A stretch of DNA of 26,540 bases from positions 1-26,540 of the forward strand of contig JALHMH010000053.1 of the NCBI GenBank assembly GCA_022844165.1, written 5' to 3'. The translations under genes were made by a program, and so were the position numbers. The DNA is from Lysobacterales bacterium (GTDB lineage: Bacteria; Pseudomonadota; Gammaproteobacteria; Xanthomonadales; SZUA-5). Positions 1 through 8,989 of the stretch are shown here, in pieces (the stretch's first letter is position 1; the number at the start of each line of letters is the position of its first letter). A model generated the notes under the pieces. That model searched no databases, was not told where the DNA came from, and saw only the letters and a list, made by a program, of their open reading frames with translations.

Positions 1-126
1 GAACTCAACGACATCGCCCGGCTGTTGAACGAGCGTCCGCGCGAAACGCTGGGTTGGGATACGCCAGCCGAACGACTGGCGAAAATCATTCAACAAAACT
101 CAAACCGTGTTGCACTTGATTCTTGA
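1..126 (+). CDS. IS30-family transposase, C-terminal end (runs off window)
   Basis: Frame 1 reads ELNDIARLLNERPRETLGWDTPAERLAKIIQQNSNRVALDS*; LNxRPRxxLGWxTPAE is the typical IS30 C-terminal motif. Not in the ORF track (no start in window). Confidence 0.88.
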   Translation, partial: ELNDIARLLNERPRETLGWDTPAERLAKIIQQNSNRVALDS

Positions 127-133
127 GACCGCC
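108..133 (+). mobile_element. IS30-family right terminal inverted repeat
   Basis: TGTTGCACTTGATTCTTGAGACCGCC overlaps the transposase stop and matches the IS30-type end pattern (TGTTGCACTT...CCGCC); the exact last base is uncertain. Confidence 0.75.
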
Positions 134-156
134 CCCTGTCACAAGGATATTCACAG

Positions 157-867
157 ATGAAATCTAGCGCCGATTTTAAGGAGTTGGTGAGGAAGAACGT
201 CGCTCGTTTCGGATTTCACGTGAATTTGGTGGGCGGTGGCGGCCAGGTACCATCGTTTGCTTATACGATCGGATTAACGGAGAAGCTCGACTTCGAATTG
301 CTTATTGCAGGCTGCTCGTTGCTAAGTTCCAGGGAAGTTAGTGAAGAGCTTTCAAATGCCGTATCGTTACTACTCGGTGATCTCGGTCATCCGAGTGTTT
401 CAAAGTGCGAGGCTGATAAGCAATGGGTAGAACTGCTCTTGCTTGGCGCGATTGAGTATTATCCGATCAAATCCTTGCGTGCTTACCAGTTAATTTCCCC
501 TTTGCTTCAGAAATCTATTGACCAGCCAAACACAAGTTCGTTATCTGACTTAGAGCGGGCCCCTTGGAAGTGGTTGAAAACCGATTGGGATTTCCCTGTT
601 CCGCGAGCTTCGAAAGTCGTAACGAATACTGGCTTACTTTTGGGTGAGCCTGCCTTGGAGGCTGTGCGCTGGGAGGTTGATAACTGGGAGGTTTTTTCGA
701 AACCTGGTCCGGAAGTTGAAAAATCAGAAATTAGAATCGTACCGCTTTCAGTTATCCTAGGGGACTCAACTAATATCCCGTTGGTGCACATGGATACTGG
801 TGGTGCGCTTTGGCGCGCTAGTGGTGATGGAGCGTGGACTACGTGGACACGAAAAGCTGCCGGATAG
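157..867 (+). CDS. DUF4262-like hypothetical protein
   Basis: 236-aa ORF with AAGGA upstream; N-terminal 'GFHVNLV...PSFAYTIGL...ELLIAG' resembles DUF4262; visibly more AT-rich than the flanks. Confidence 0.65.
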   Translation: MKSSADFKELVRKNVARFGFHVNLVGGGGQVPSFAYTIGLTEKLDFELLIAGCSLLSSREVSEELSNAVSLLLGDLGHPSVSKCEADKQWVELLLLGAIEYYPIKSLRAYQLISPLLQKSIDQPNTSSLSDLERAPWKWLKTDWDFPVPRASKVVTNTGLLLGEPALEAVRWEVDNWEVFSKPGPEVEKSEIRIVPLSVILGDSTNIPLVHMDTGGALWRASGDGAWTTWTRKAAG

Positions 868-929
868 CACACAATGTTGTTGTGCTGATGTTGCGTCCTC
901 TGGCGTCTTGGGCGAGTCACGTGGTTTGC

Positions 930-1139
930 TCAATACGCTCCGAAGTACACGCATTTCAAAGCGCCGTTCCACAGGGTCACGGTTTGTCCGTCGCCTTCGA
1001 TTCTCCCCCATCGGTGCCAGATTTCGGCCGGTGTTTGGTCGCTCAGATGTTGATGTGGTCGCGCAAAGTTGTGGTACCAACGCCATTCGCTGAGCAGTCG
1101 CGCAAAGTCGCCTTCGACGACACGTGCGAGATGGTGTTG
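930..1139 (-). pseudogene. Integrase-core (rve, IS3/IS481-like) transposase C-terminal fragment
   Basis: Minus frame reads QHHLARVVEGDFARLLSEWRWYHNFARPHQHLSDQTPAEIWHRW...CVYFGAY*; the 'W..N..RPHQ.L...TPAE' motif is typical of rve C-termini. No N-terminal part present; 5' boundary approximate. Confidence 0.7.
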
Positions 1140-1220
1140 AACGGGACAATTGCTGCAGAAGAGGGGGAAACTACAGGGTGACCTCAGGCATCTTGCCCCA
1201 GGGGGCGCGCAAATGCCGTT

Positions 1221-2402
1221 TCAACAGCTGCCGTAGCCACTGCGATGGGTTCCCGCGAGCACCGTCAGCACGCTCTCGACATCGGCGACGGACAGCGCCG
1301 CCGACAGGCTGATGCGCAGGCGCGCCTGACCTGGCGGCACGGTGGGTGGACGGATCGCGGGGCAGTAGATACCGCGATCCATCAGCGCACGCGAGGCCTC
1401 AAGCGCAGCCGTCGCGTCGCCGACGAGCACGGGCTGAATCGCGGTGGTAGATGCAACCAGCGGCAAGCCGAGAGATTGCGCGCCGATGCGGAACTGCGCG
1501 ATGCGTGCATCTAAGCGCTCGCGTAGATCGTCGCCGTCGATGATCCGGCGCAGCGCGGCGCGAATGGCCGCAGCGATGGCTGGTGGCATTGCCGTGGTGT
1601 AGATGAAACTGCGAGCGCTATGCAGTAGCGCGTCTGCGAGCGGCTCGGTGCAAGCAATCGCAGCGCCGCTGATGCCAAATGCTTTGCCGAAGGTCAGCAT
1701 GAGCAGCGGTACCTGCGTGGTGCCGAGTCCGGCGGCTGCGCAAGCGCCGCGTCCTTGCGGCCCGAGCGCTCCGGCGGCATGCGCTTCGTCGACCATCAGC
1801 GCCGCGTTCTCGCGCTGCGAGAGGTTGGCAAGTTCGGTGAGCGGGGCGATGTCGCCGTCCATGCTGAACACGCTGTCGGTAATCAGCAGCGCTCGGCGAT
1901 TTGGTTCGCGCTTCAGCATGTCCGCAGCGGCGGTCGTATCGCCGTGCGCATAGCGTAGGAGTTTCGCGCCCGCCAAGCGTGCGCCATCGAGCAGACAGGC
2001 GTGGTTGAGCCGATCCTGCAGCGCCAGATCATGGCGTGACAACACGGCACCCATCGCGCCCAACGCTGCCATGTAACCGGTGGAAAACACTAACACGCGT
2101 GGATAACCGAGCCACGCCGCCAGTTCGCTTTCGAGCGCAGCGTGTTCCGGGTGGTGGCCACCCAGCAAGTGCGATGCGCGAGCGCCGGACTGTTCGCGAG
2201 CGGCGTCGGCGAGTGCTGCACGAATACTCGGATCGAAGGCGAGCCCCAGGTAGTCATTGCTCGCGACATCGATCAGCTCGCGCCCATCGATCACCACCCG
2301 CGCACCACCGATGGGTTTGGCCACGCGCAAACGTCGGCGCGATGCCGGCGCTCGGGCGGCGTTCGTGGCCGCGATGGCATCGAGCAACGACGGGCGGCTC
2401 AC
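1221..2402 (-). CDS. bioF: 8-amino-7-oxononanoate synthase
   Basis: [37 protein letters not shown] (PLP Lys) and IRPPTVP motifs; GTG start overlaps the bioB stop (GTGA). Confidence 0.95.
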   Translation of the reverse strand: MSRPSLLDAIAATNAARAPASRRRLRVAKPIGGARVVIDGRELIDVASNDYLGLAFDPSIRAALADAAREQSGARASHLLGGHHPEHAALESELAAWLGYPRVLVFSTGYMAALGAMGAVLSRHDLALQDRLNHACLLDGARLAGAKLLRYAHGDTTAAADMLKREPNRRALLITDSVFSMDGDIAPLTELANLSQRENAALMVDEAHAAGALGPQGRGACAAAGLGTTQVPLLMLTFGKAFGISGAAIACTEPLADALLHSARSFIYTTAMPPAIAAAIRAALRRIIDGDDLRERLDARIAQFRIGAQSLGLPLVASTTAIQPVLVGDATAALEASRALMDRGIYCPAIRPPTVPPGQARLRISLSAALSVADVESVLTVLAGTHRSGYGSC

Positions 2403-3349
2403 GCCGCTTCCAGCCCCTTCAAACCCAGACGCGCAAACAACGCACGGTCGGCGGTGACTTCCGGGTTGCCAGTGGTCAGCAGCTTCTCGCCGTAGAAAAT
2501 CGAATTGGCCCCTGCCAGAAAACACAGTGCTTGCAGGCTCGGATCCATCGTCTCGCGGCCGGCCGAGAGCCGCACCACCGAACGCGGCATCGTCAGGCGC
2601 GCGACCGCGATGCTACGGACGAACTCGAAATCGTCCAGTTCTTCGGCGTCTTGGAGCGGCGTTCCGGACACTTTGACCAGGCGATTGATCGGCACTGACT
2701 CGGGGTGCGCTGGCAATGTCGCCAGCGCATGGATCAGCCCGACACGATCGGCGCGCGATTCGTTCATGCCAACGATGCCACCCGAGCACACGTTGAGGCC
2801 GGCATCACGCACCGCCTGCAAGGTATCGAGCCGATCCTGAAAGCAACGTGTGCTGATGATCTGCGGATAGAACTCCGGGCTGGTATCGAGATTATGGTTG
2901 TAGTAGTCCAGGCCCGCGTCGCGCAGACGCTGCGCCTGCTCGGGATTGAGCATGCCGGCGGTCAGACAGGTCTCCAATCCCAGCTCGCGCACCACGCCGA
3001 CCATCTCGATCAGCCGATCGATGTCTTTATCGCGCGGTGCACGCCACGCGGCACCCATGCAAAAACGCGTGGCGCCCGCCGCTTTGGCGGCACTGGCGCT
3101 GTTGCGGACTTCATTCAACGCGAGCAGGCGTTCGACCCCAAGCCCGGTCTTGAAGTGCGCGCTCTGCGGGCAATACGCGCAGTCTTCCGGACAGGCCCCG
3201 GTTTTGATCGACAGCAATGTCGAAATCTGCACGGCCTGCGGATCGAAGTGCGCGCGATGCACTGAGGCGGCGCGAAACACCAGATCGAGCAGCGGCACGT
3301 CGAACAGCGCCGCGATTTCGTCGCGCGTCCAGTCTGTGCGTACGCTCAT
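2399..3349 (-). CDS. bioB: Biotin synthase (radical SAM)
   Basis: [19 protein letters not shown] (CxxxCxxC), [29 protein letters not shown]; ATG overlaps the upstream stop (ATGA). Confidence 0.97.
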   Translation of the reverse strand: MSVRTDWTRDEIAALFDVPLLDLVFRAASVHRAHFDPQAVQISTLLSIKTGACPEDCAYCPQSAHFKTGLGVERLLALNEVRNSASAAKAAGATRFCMGAAWRAPRDKDIDRLIEMVGVVRELGLETCLTAGMLNPEQAQRLRDAGLDYYNHNLDTSPEFYPQIISTRCFQDRLDTLQAVRDAGLNVCSGGIVGMNESRADRVGLIHALATLPAHPESVPINRLVKVSGTPLQDAEELDDFEFVRSIAVARLTMPRSVVRLSAGRETMDPSLQALCFLAGANSIFYGEKLLTTGNPEVTADRALFARLGLKGLEAA

Positions 3350-4257
3350 GGTTTTTTGCCCACCAGACGTTTGCCGGTCGTCAGCAGCAGCACCACAAGG
3401 CCGCCTGCAACCACGCCCATCAGCGCTTCGCCCAGAATGCTGACCAAAATTCCCGCGGCACCAAAGCCTTCTGCGAAATGTTGAAGTGCGTGATGCACGG
3501 GTGGTATGCCGTGCACCAGAATAGCGCCACCGACCATGAACATGGCGGCCGTGCCGACGATCGAAAGCGTCTTCATCAGCAGCGGGGCGAACCACAGGAT
3601 CGCGGCACCCATTCGGCGCTTCAGAGCGCTCGCCTGTTGTGACCAATACAACCCAACGTCATCGAGCTTTACGATGCCGGCGACGAGCCCATACACACCG
3701 ATCGTCATGCCGATCGCGATCACACTGAGCACAGCCACTTGTTTGGTGAATGTGGCGGCCGCCACAGTACCCAGCGTAATGACGATGATCTCCGCCGACA
3801 AAATGAAATCGGTGCGAATGGCGCCTTTGATTTTGTCCTTTTCAAACTGCACGAGATCGACGTTCGGGTTGGCCACCGCTGCCACCAACTCGGCATGATG
3901 CTGTTCGTCTTCCTGCTTGCTGTGCAACAGCTTGTGAGCCACCTTCTCGAAGCCTTCGAAGCACAAGAACAAGCCGCCCAACATCAGTAGTGGAATGATC
4001 GCCCAGGGCGCGACTGCGCTGATCAGCAGCGCCGTCGGTACCAGGATCAGCTTGTTGACGAATGAGCCTTTGGCCACCGCCCAGACCACCGGAAGCTCGC
4101 GGTCTGCTCTGACGCCAGTGACCTGTTCGGCGTTCAACGCCAGGTCGTCGCCGAGTACACCGGCCGTCTTTTTCACTGCCACCTTGCTCATGACTGCGAC
4201 GTCATCGAGCAGTGCCGCAATGTCGTCCAAGAGCGCCAGCAGGCTCGATCCAGCCAT
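3346..4257 (-). CDS. DUF808 (YedI-like) inner membrane protein
   Basis: [14 protein letters not shown]..., [41 protein letters not shown]; AGGA RBS upstream. Confidence 0.92.
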   Translation of the reverse strand: MAGSSLLALLDDIAALLDDVAVMSKVAVKKTAGVLGDDLALNAEQVTGVRADRELPVVWAVAKGSFVNKLILVPTALLISAVAPWAIIPLLMLGGLFLCFEGFEKVAHKLLHSKQEDEQHHAELVAAVANPNVDLVQFEKDKIKGAIRTDFILSAEIIVITLGTVAAATFTKQVAVLSVIAIGMTIGVYGLVAGIVKLDDVGLYWSQQASALKRRMGAAILWFAPLLMKTLSIVGTAAMFMVGGAILVHGIPPVHHALQHFAEGFGAAGILVSILGEALMGVVAGGLVVLLLTTGKRLVGKKP

Positions 4258-4360
4258 AGGAGTAGTTCCTGAGTGAAGATTGCGCCGCAGGATAGCAGCC
4301 CGCATCCGTTCGCCGCGGGGACGCGTAGAATCCGGCTGGAGCGAACCAGACGGGGTGTGC

Positions 4361-5266
4361 ATGCAAGTACAGTCGATCCGACTCGGCCACGCGTCGACCG
4401 CACTGCGCCTCGCCAAACACGATTGGCGCAAGGCGGTTTTGATCGCGGCGCTGGCGATACTCGCTGGCCCGGCGTTGGCCAATGACGGCAAACTTCTCGG
4501 CGCCGCGGGTCTTAGTTCGATCGACGGCTCAGCGGGTGGTGGACTCGTACCATGGGCGGTGATCGCCGGATATGGCGAACAGGGCCAGTGGGATACCACG
4601 GGCGCCGTCAGTTATGTCGACACCGGCGACTTCAATCTGCGCACCGCATCGGTTTCGGTCGGCTGGAATGATCGTCTGGAGCTGTCCGCAGCGCGTTTGT
4701 CGCTGGGCCTGGATGCACTGGTTGCCGCTGGTGCATTCCCCGATGTGCGGCTCGATACCGATGTGCTTGCGGCCAAGCTGCGCCTGGGTGGCGATTTGAT
4801 CTACGGAGATCTACCGCAACTTTCCGCAGGCGTACAATGGCGGCATTCGCGAGACAGGGAATTGATCGACGCCGTTGGTGCCGACGACACGACCGGCTAC
4901 GATGTTTATCTCGCGGCATCGCGCCTCTGGATCGCCGGCATCGGCGGTCGCCGCACGTTGGCCAATGTCACGTTGCGCTCGACGGGCGCCCACCAGCTGG
5001 GGCTGCTGGGTTTCGACGATGATCGCACCTTTGTGGTCGAAGGTAGCCTGGCGGTCTTCGTGACACCCACCGTTGCGCTGGGCGCCGAATACCGAAGCAA
5101 ACCCGATGCGTTGGCATTGGCGCCGGAGGACGATTGGTTCGATGTATTCGTGGGCTGGTTCCCGAACAAACATTGGCATGCGGCGTTGGCATATGTCGAT
5201 CTGGGCTCGGTGGGCGGCGTGCAGGATCAACAAGGGTTCTACCTGACGATTAAGGGTTCTCCGTGA
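4361..5266 (+). CDS. DUF3034 family protein (putative outer-membrane beta-barrel)
   Basis: Signal peptide ending ALA; '[20 protein letters not shown]', 'GAEYRSKPD', '[16 protein letters not shown]' and 'AYVDLG' match DUF3034; start codon uncertain. Confidence 0.85.
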   Translation: MQVQSIRLGHASTALRLAKHDWRKAVLIAALAILAGPALANDGKLLGAAGLSSIDGSAGGGLVPWAVIAGYGEQGQWDTTGAVSYVDTGDFNLRTASVSVGWNDRLELSAARLSLGLDALVAAGAFPDVRLDTDVLAAKLRLGGDLIYGDLPQLSAGVQWRHSRDRELIDAVGADDTTGYDVYLAASRLWIAGIGGRRTLANVTLRSTGAHQLGLLGFDDDRTFVVEGSLAVFVTPTVALGAEYRSKPDALALAPEDDWFDVFVGWFPNKHWHAALAYVDLGSVGGVQDQQGFYLTIKGSP

Positions 5267-5760
5267 TGCGCTTTGCTTTCGCGCTGTTGCTGATCGCGCT
5301 GTCCCCAATCGGACATACGCGCCCGTTGGAAGCCGGTCCCGCGGCGCCGGTTGCAACTTCGGAAGAGCACGCAAGCCCAACAGGAGCGGCGCCCGCCCTG
5401 GCACCGGGCTCGCTGTACGCCGATCTCGGTGGTCAGGAAGGCATCACGCGCATGGTCGAAGCGATCATCGTTGAAGTCAAAGCGGACAAGCGCATCGCAT
5501 ACTTGTTTGAGGACACTGATTGGGACTATCTGCGTGACCGTCTGGTCGAGCAAATTTGCGAGTTGAGCGGCGGCGGCTGCGAATACACTGGCTTGCCGAT
5601 GCCGGATGCGCATAGCGGCATGGCGATCACGCGTGCCGAATTCAATTGGTTCGTGGAAGACACCGAACGTGGCATGCGCAAGGCCGGCGTGCCACTCGCG
5701 GCGCAAAACCGGCTGCTTGCGCTGTTGGCGAAGCTGCACGGCGATATTGTGGGGCAATAG
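5263..5760 (+). CDS. Group I truncated hemoglobin with N-terminal signal peptide
   Basis: SLYADLGG, D.RI...F, EQICELSGG..EYTG, AH.GM.IT.AEF (proximal His); hydrophobic N-terminus; overlaps the DUF3034 stop. Confidence 0.9.
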   Translation: MMRFAFALLLIALSPIGHTRPLEAGPAAPVATSEEHASPTGAAPALAPGSLYADLGGQEGITRMVEAIIVEVKADKRIAYLFEDTDWDYLRDRLVEQICELSGGGCEYTGLPMPDAHSGMAITRAEFNWFVEDTERGMRKAGVPLAAQNRLLALLAKLHGDIVGQ

Positions 5761-5794
5761 CCCTCGCGGCGCTGGGCGCAGACACCCGGCAATC

Positions 5795-6295
5795 TCACAC
5801 GCGACGTTTGATGGCACGGATGGCCATGCCGAGTATCGGAACGTGTTCGAACAGGCCTTGCGTGGCGTCCCAATAATCCTGGTGCAGACTGACCAGGCCC
5901 GCGGAATTAAAGCGCACGTGGCTGATCCCGACCGTCTCGGTGTCCACGTTGGGCTTGAAGCGCTTGAAGCGGATCACCATGCGCCAGCGGAGAAAATAGT
6001 CGCCGCTATCGTTGCTCAGCGTGTCGAGAATGTCGACGCGGCAGCTTTGCACGGCACTCGCGCTGTGCGCCAGATAGCTGCGCAGCGCGTCGCGGCCTTG
6101 CAGGGTCTTGAGCGTATCGTTGAACCAAATCTCGGGCGCGTATGTCACGTCGACCAGTTTTTCGACTTTGTTGGGTGAGAAGTCCGAGAAGAAGGTGGCG
6201 AATCGGCGCAAGGCATCCGCCTCGGCCTCCGACCCACGCGCAAACGCCTGAGGCCATTGGCGTCTTTGTTGCTCGAGAACTGCGAGATATTCCAT
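5795..6295 (-). CDS. NTF2-like / SnoaL-like family protein
   Basis: Y..EIWFND...GRDALRSY, RWRM, GISHVRF...V..HQDYWD, FEHVPILG. Confidence 0.85.
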   Translation of the reverse strand: MEYLAVLEQQRRQWPQAFARGSEAEADALRRFATFFSDFSPNKVEKLVDVTYAPEIWFNDTLKTLQGRDALRSYLAHSASAVQSCRVDILDTLSNDSGDYFLRWRMVIRFKRFKPNVDTETVGISHVRFNSAGLVSLHQDYWDATQGLFEHVPILGMAIRAIKRRV

Positions 6296-6439
6296 GCGAG
6301 CCCCGGTCCGTGTTGGCGAAATTGGCGTGGAGAGGATAGGCGCCTTCTTGCCCGGCCGACGAAATTCGTCTCCACCCGGTGACGATACGCGTTCCAGTGG
6401 CCCACACGTCATCCTCACCACCCGTCGACCATCTCCCCA

Positions 6440-6467
6440 TTGACCGCAGCACGGATGGCGCTAACCT
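6440..6467 (+). promoter_or_regulatory. Possible sigma70 promoter for the DUF3429-oxidoreductase pair
   Basis: TTGACC-N16-TAACCT about 30 nt upstream of the ATG at 6498; motif match only. Confidence 0.3.
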
Positions 6468-6497
6468 TTCGCGGCCACCTAACGCCCCGGAGTCTCC

Positions 6498-6950
6498 ATG
6501 CGCCACCCCGGCATGTTCCTCTCGCGAGAGATTCCCGCTGCTGCTGGCTGGTTAGGCGGCGCGGGCGTCGTGCCTTTCATCGCGCTTGCGATCGCTGCCG
6601 CGGCGGCGCCGGATGCTGTTTGGCGTGAACTGGCGCTACGCGCGTTTGTTGCGTACTCCGCAGTCATTCTGTCGTTCCTAGGCGGCATTCGCTGGGGCGC
6701 AGCGTTGGGCAACGCCGACACGCGACGCCTCGCCACGAGTGTCGCTCCGAGCCTGCTTGCCTTCGGCTGCCTCTTGTTGCCATCGGCAGATGCACTCAAG
6801 GTTCTCGCGCTGCTGTTCGCTGTGGTCGGCATCTTCGACGTGATGAAACGGCCAACGCCGGAATGGCCAGCCTGGTTCATGCGCCTGCGGGCGCGCTTGT
6901 CGGGCGCCGTTGTTGTGGTGCACCTCGCACTGTGGGCAGGTTTGACGTGA
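6498..6950 (+). CDS. DUF3429 membrane protein
   Basis: LGGAGVVPF, AYSAVILSFLGGIRWG, P.WF..LR..LS; GGAG upstream; alternative start at 6513. Confidence 0.88.
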   Translation: MRHPGMFLSREIPAAAGWLGGAGVVPFIALAIAAAAAPDAVWRELALRAFVAYSAVILSFLGGIRWGAALGNADTRRLATSVAPSLLAFGCLLLPSADALKVLALLFAVVGIFDVMKRPTPEWPAWFMRLRARLSGAVVVVHLALWAGLT

Positions 6951-7966
6951 GCACGGACGATCGCCGGCGGAGAATTGCCATCGTTGGTGCCGGCCTGACC
7001 GGCCTGAGCGCGGCAAGAGCGCTGGGCGCCAGCGGTCATGCCACGGTACTGTTCGAAAAATCGCGAGGCCCGGGTGGTCGCTGTGCAACGCGGCGCGGTG
7101 AGGCAGGTCACTTCGATCACGGCGCGCAGTACTTCACAGTTCGCAGCGCTGCCTTTGAGAAAGACGTGAATGCGTGGTGTCGGCTTGGGCAGGTCGTTCG
7201 ATATGCGCCCAGGTTGGCGACGATCGACGCAAACGGCGCATTGATGACCGGCAGCGCAACTCAACGCTTCATCGCGGTGCCTGGAATGAACACGCTGGCG
7301 AAGTTATTGGCGGCGGATCTGGATGTGCGCTGCCAGACACACATTACCGCCTTGACGCACGATGGCTTGTGGTCGCTTCAGGACGAACACGGCGAGCGAT
7401 ATCCAGGGTTCGACGCGATGGTGCTGACGGCGCCGCCATCGCAATCGGCGGCGCTGCTCGGACCAGACGATCGTTTTGCCGCGGCACTGCAAAACATGAC
7501 GATGTTGCCCTGTTGGGCCGCCATGTTGAATTTCCCAAGAGCGCTGCCGGTCGCCTTCGATGCCGCCTTCGTCAACCACGGGCCGTTGAGCTGGATCGCA
7601 CGCGACAGCGCCAAACCGGGGCGCATGCCGGGCGAACGCTGGCTGGTGCACGTCGGGCCGCGAGCCTCGCGGAGCTGGCTCGAAGATGCCGCGGAAGACG
7701 TGCTGCCGCGCATCGTTGGGGCGTTCTTCGCGGCGCTTGGTATCGCGCCAACGTCGCCGTCGCACGCGACCGCGCATCGTTGGCGATACGCCCTCGCCGC
7801 CGCGCCTGTCGACGATGGCTGCTGGATCGATGCTGAGCGCCGTCTGGCGATCGGCGGCGATTGGTGTGCGGGCTCGCGCATTGAGGGCGCATGCATGAGC
7901 GGGCGGGCCATCGCCGAGGGTTTGCAGCAGGTGTTCTGCGCAGATGCGCACTTCACTGCAACCTGA
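6947..7966 (+). CDS. Renalase-like NAD(P)/FAD-dependent oxidoreductase
   Basis: IVGAGLTGL, FEKSRGPGGRCATRR, FDHGAQYF, HRWRYA, GDWC; GTG overlaps the upstream stop. Confidence 0.9.
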   Translation: MSTDDRRRRIAIVGAGLTGLSAARALGASGHATVLFEKSRGPGGRCATRRGEAGHFDHGAQYFTVRSAAFEKDVNAWCRLGQVVRYAPRLATIDANGALMTGSATQRFIAVPGMNTLAKLLAADLDVRCQTHITALTHDGLWSLQDEHGERYPGFDAMVLTAPPSQSAALLGPDDRFAAALQNMTMLPCWAAMLNFPRALPVAFDAAFVNHGPLSWIARDSAKPGRMPGERWLVHVGPRASRSWLEDAAEDVLPRIVGAFFAALGIAPTSPSHATAHRWRYALAAAPVDDGCWIDAERRLAIGGDWCAGSRIEGACMSGRAIAEGLQQVFCADAHFTAT

Positions 7967-8021
7967 TAGCCTTGCCGCCCTTTTGTTCGGGGCGCAGCCT
8001 CGATTTGACCGGAGAATGACC

Positions 8022-8144
8022 ATGGGACGTGGCGACAAACGCAGCCGTAAAGGCAAGATCGCTCGCAGCAGCTACGGCAACAGCCGTTCGCATCACGAGA
8101 AAAAGCCGGCCGCACCGGCGGCAAAACCCGCAACGAAAAAATAA
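8022..8144 (+). CDS. 30S ribosomal protein bTHX
   Basis: MGRGDKRSRKGKIARSSYGNSR matches the THX pattern; GGAG RBS at 8011-8014; 40-aa basic protein. Confidence 0.9.
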   Translation: MGRGDKRSRKGKIARSSYGNSRSHHEKKPAAPAAKPATKK

Positions 8145-8251
8145 GCACCGGGCAGAGCGTATCGCACCTGTCTTTGACGCAACGCCTCATGGGGAAAACC
8201 GGTCGTCGCAGTGCTCAGTGCACCCATGCAGCGCCGCCGGGTTACCTGCGA

Positions 8252-8989
8252 TCAACGAAACTCGTCGAGCCCGCGGAGCGTGGCGACAACTGCGCGCTCG
8301 AAGGCCGCGGGGTCTTCGTGTTTCCATTGAGCAATCGTTGTTTCATTCCAGGTCTTGGCGATGTGGCCCCGCGTCAGCAGTGCTGCGCGCGTTAGCAGTG
8401 TTGGCGCCATGTCCAGCCCATGCGTGGCGAGCAGTACCGCAGATCCGGCGGCGCAGCGGCGTTTGAGTTCCTGCTTGACTTCGAAGCTGGCGATGGGATC
8501 CAAACCATTGAGTACCTCATCCAGCACCAGCAGCGGTGGATTGCCGACCAGCGCGATCAGGATGGCCAACTTCTGGCGTGTACCCAGCGATAGTGCCTCG
8601 ACACGCCGATCCCAATAGGGCGCCAGTTGCAGCGTTTCGCCGAAGGCCAGCAGGCCCTCGTCCAACGCTTGTGCGCGCGCCGACGCGGCAACGTCGAGGA
8701 CCTGGCGCAACGTCAGGTAACCTGGCAACAGTGCCGGATCGGGCGCAAAACCCATGCGCACCCGGGCGCCAAAGGGATCCGTGGCGACGTTGATGCCGTC
8801 AATGGTGATGCAGCCGGCACTGAGCGTTCGCAGTCCAAGGATGGCTTTGATCAAACTGGTCTTGCCCGAACCATTGGGCCCAACGAGGCCAAGCAGATCG
8901 CCGCGTGCAAGCGACAGGTCGACACCGCTAAGCACAATGTGCTCGCCATAGCTAAGCGCCGCTTGTTGGATGCACAGCAGCTCAGACAT
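8252..8989 (-). CDS. ABC transporter ATP-binding protein
   Basis: Walker A GPNGSGKT, signature LSLGTRQK, Walker B LLVLDE, H-loop ATH. Confidence 0.92.
   Translation of the reverse strand: MSELLCIQQAALSYGEHIVLSGVDLSLARGDLLGLVGPNGSGKTSLIKAILGLRTLSAGCITIDGINVATDPFGARVRMGFAPDPALLPGYLTLRQVLDVAASARAQALDEGLLAFGETLQLAPYWDRRVEALSLGTRQKLAILIALVGNPPLLVLDEVLNGLDPIASFEVKQELKRRCAAGSAVLLATHGLDMAPTLLTRAALLTRGHIAKTWNETTIAQWKHEDPAAFERAVVATLRGLDEFR

Noticed and set aside
866-900. attC after the DUF4262-like gene (GCACACAAT GTTGTTGTGC)
   Set aside because: No AAC-ending R'' box, no L boxes and no suitably spaced GTTRRRY; only a short imperfect palindrome.
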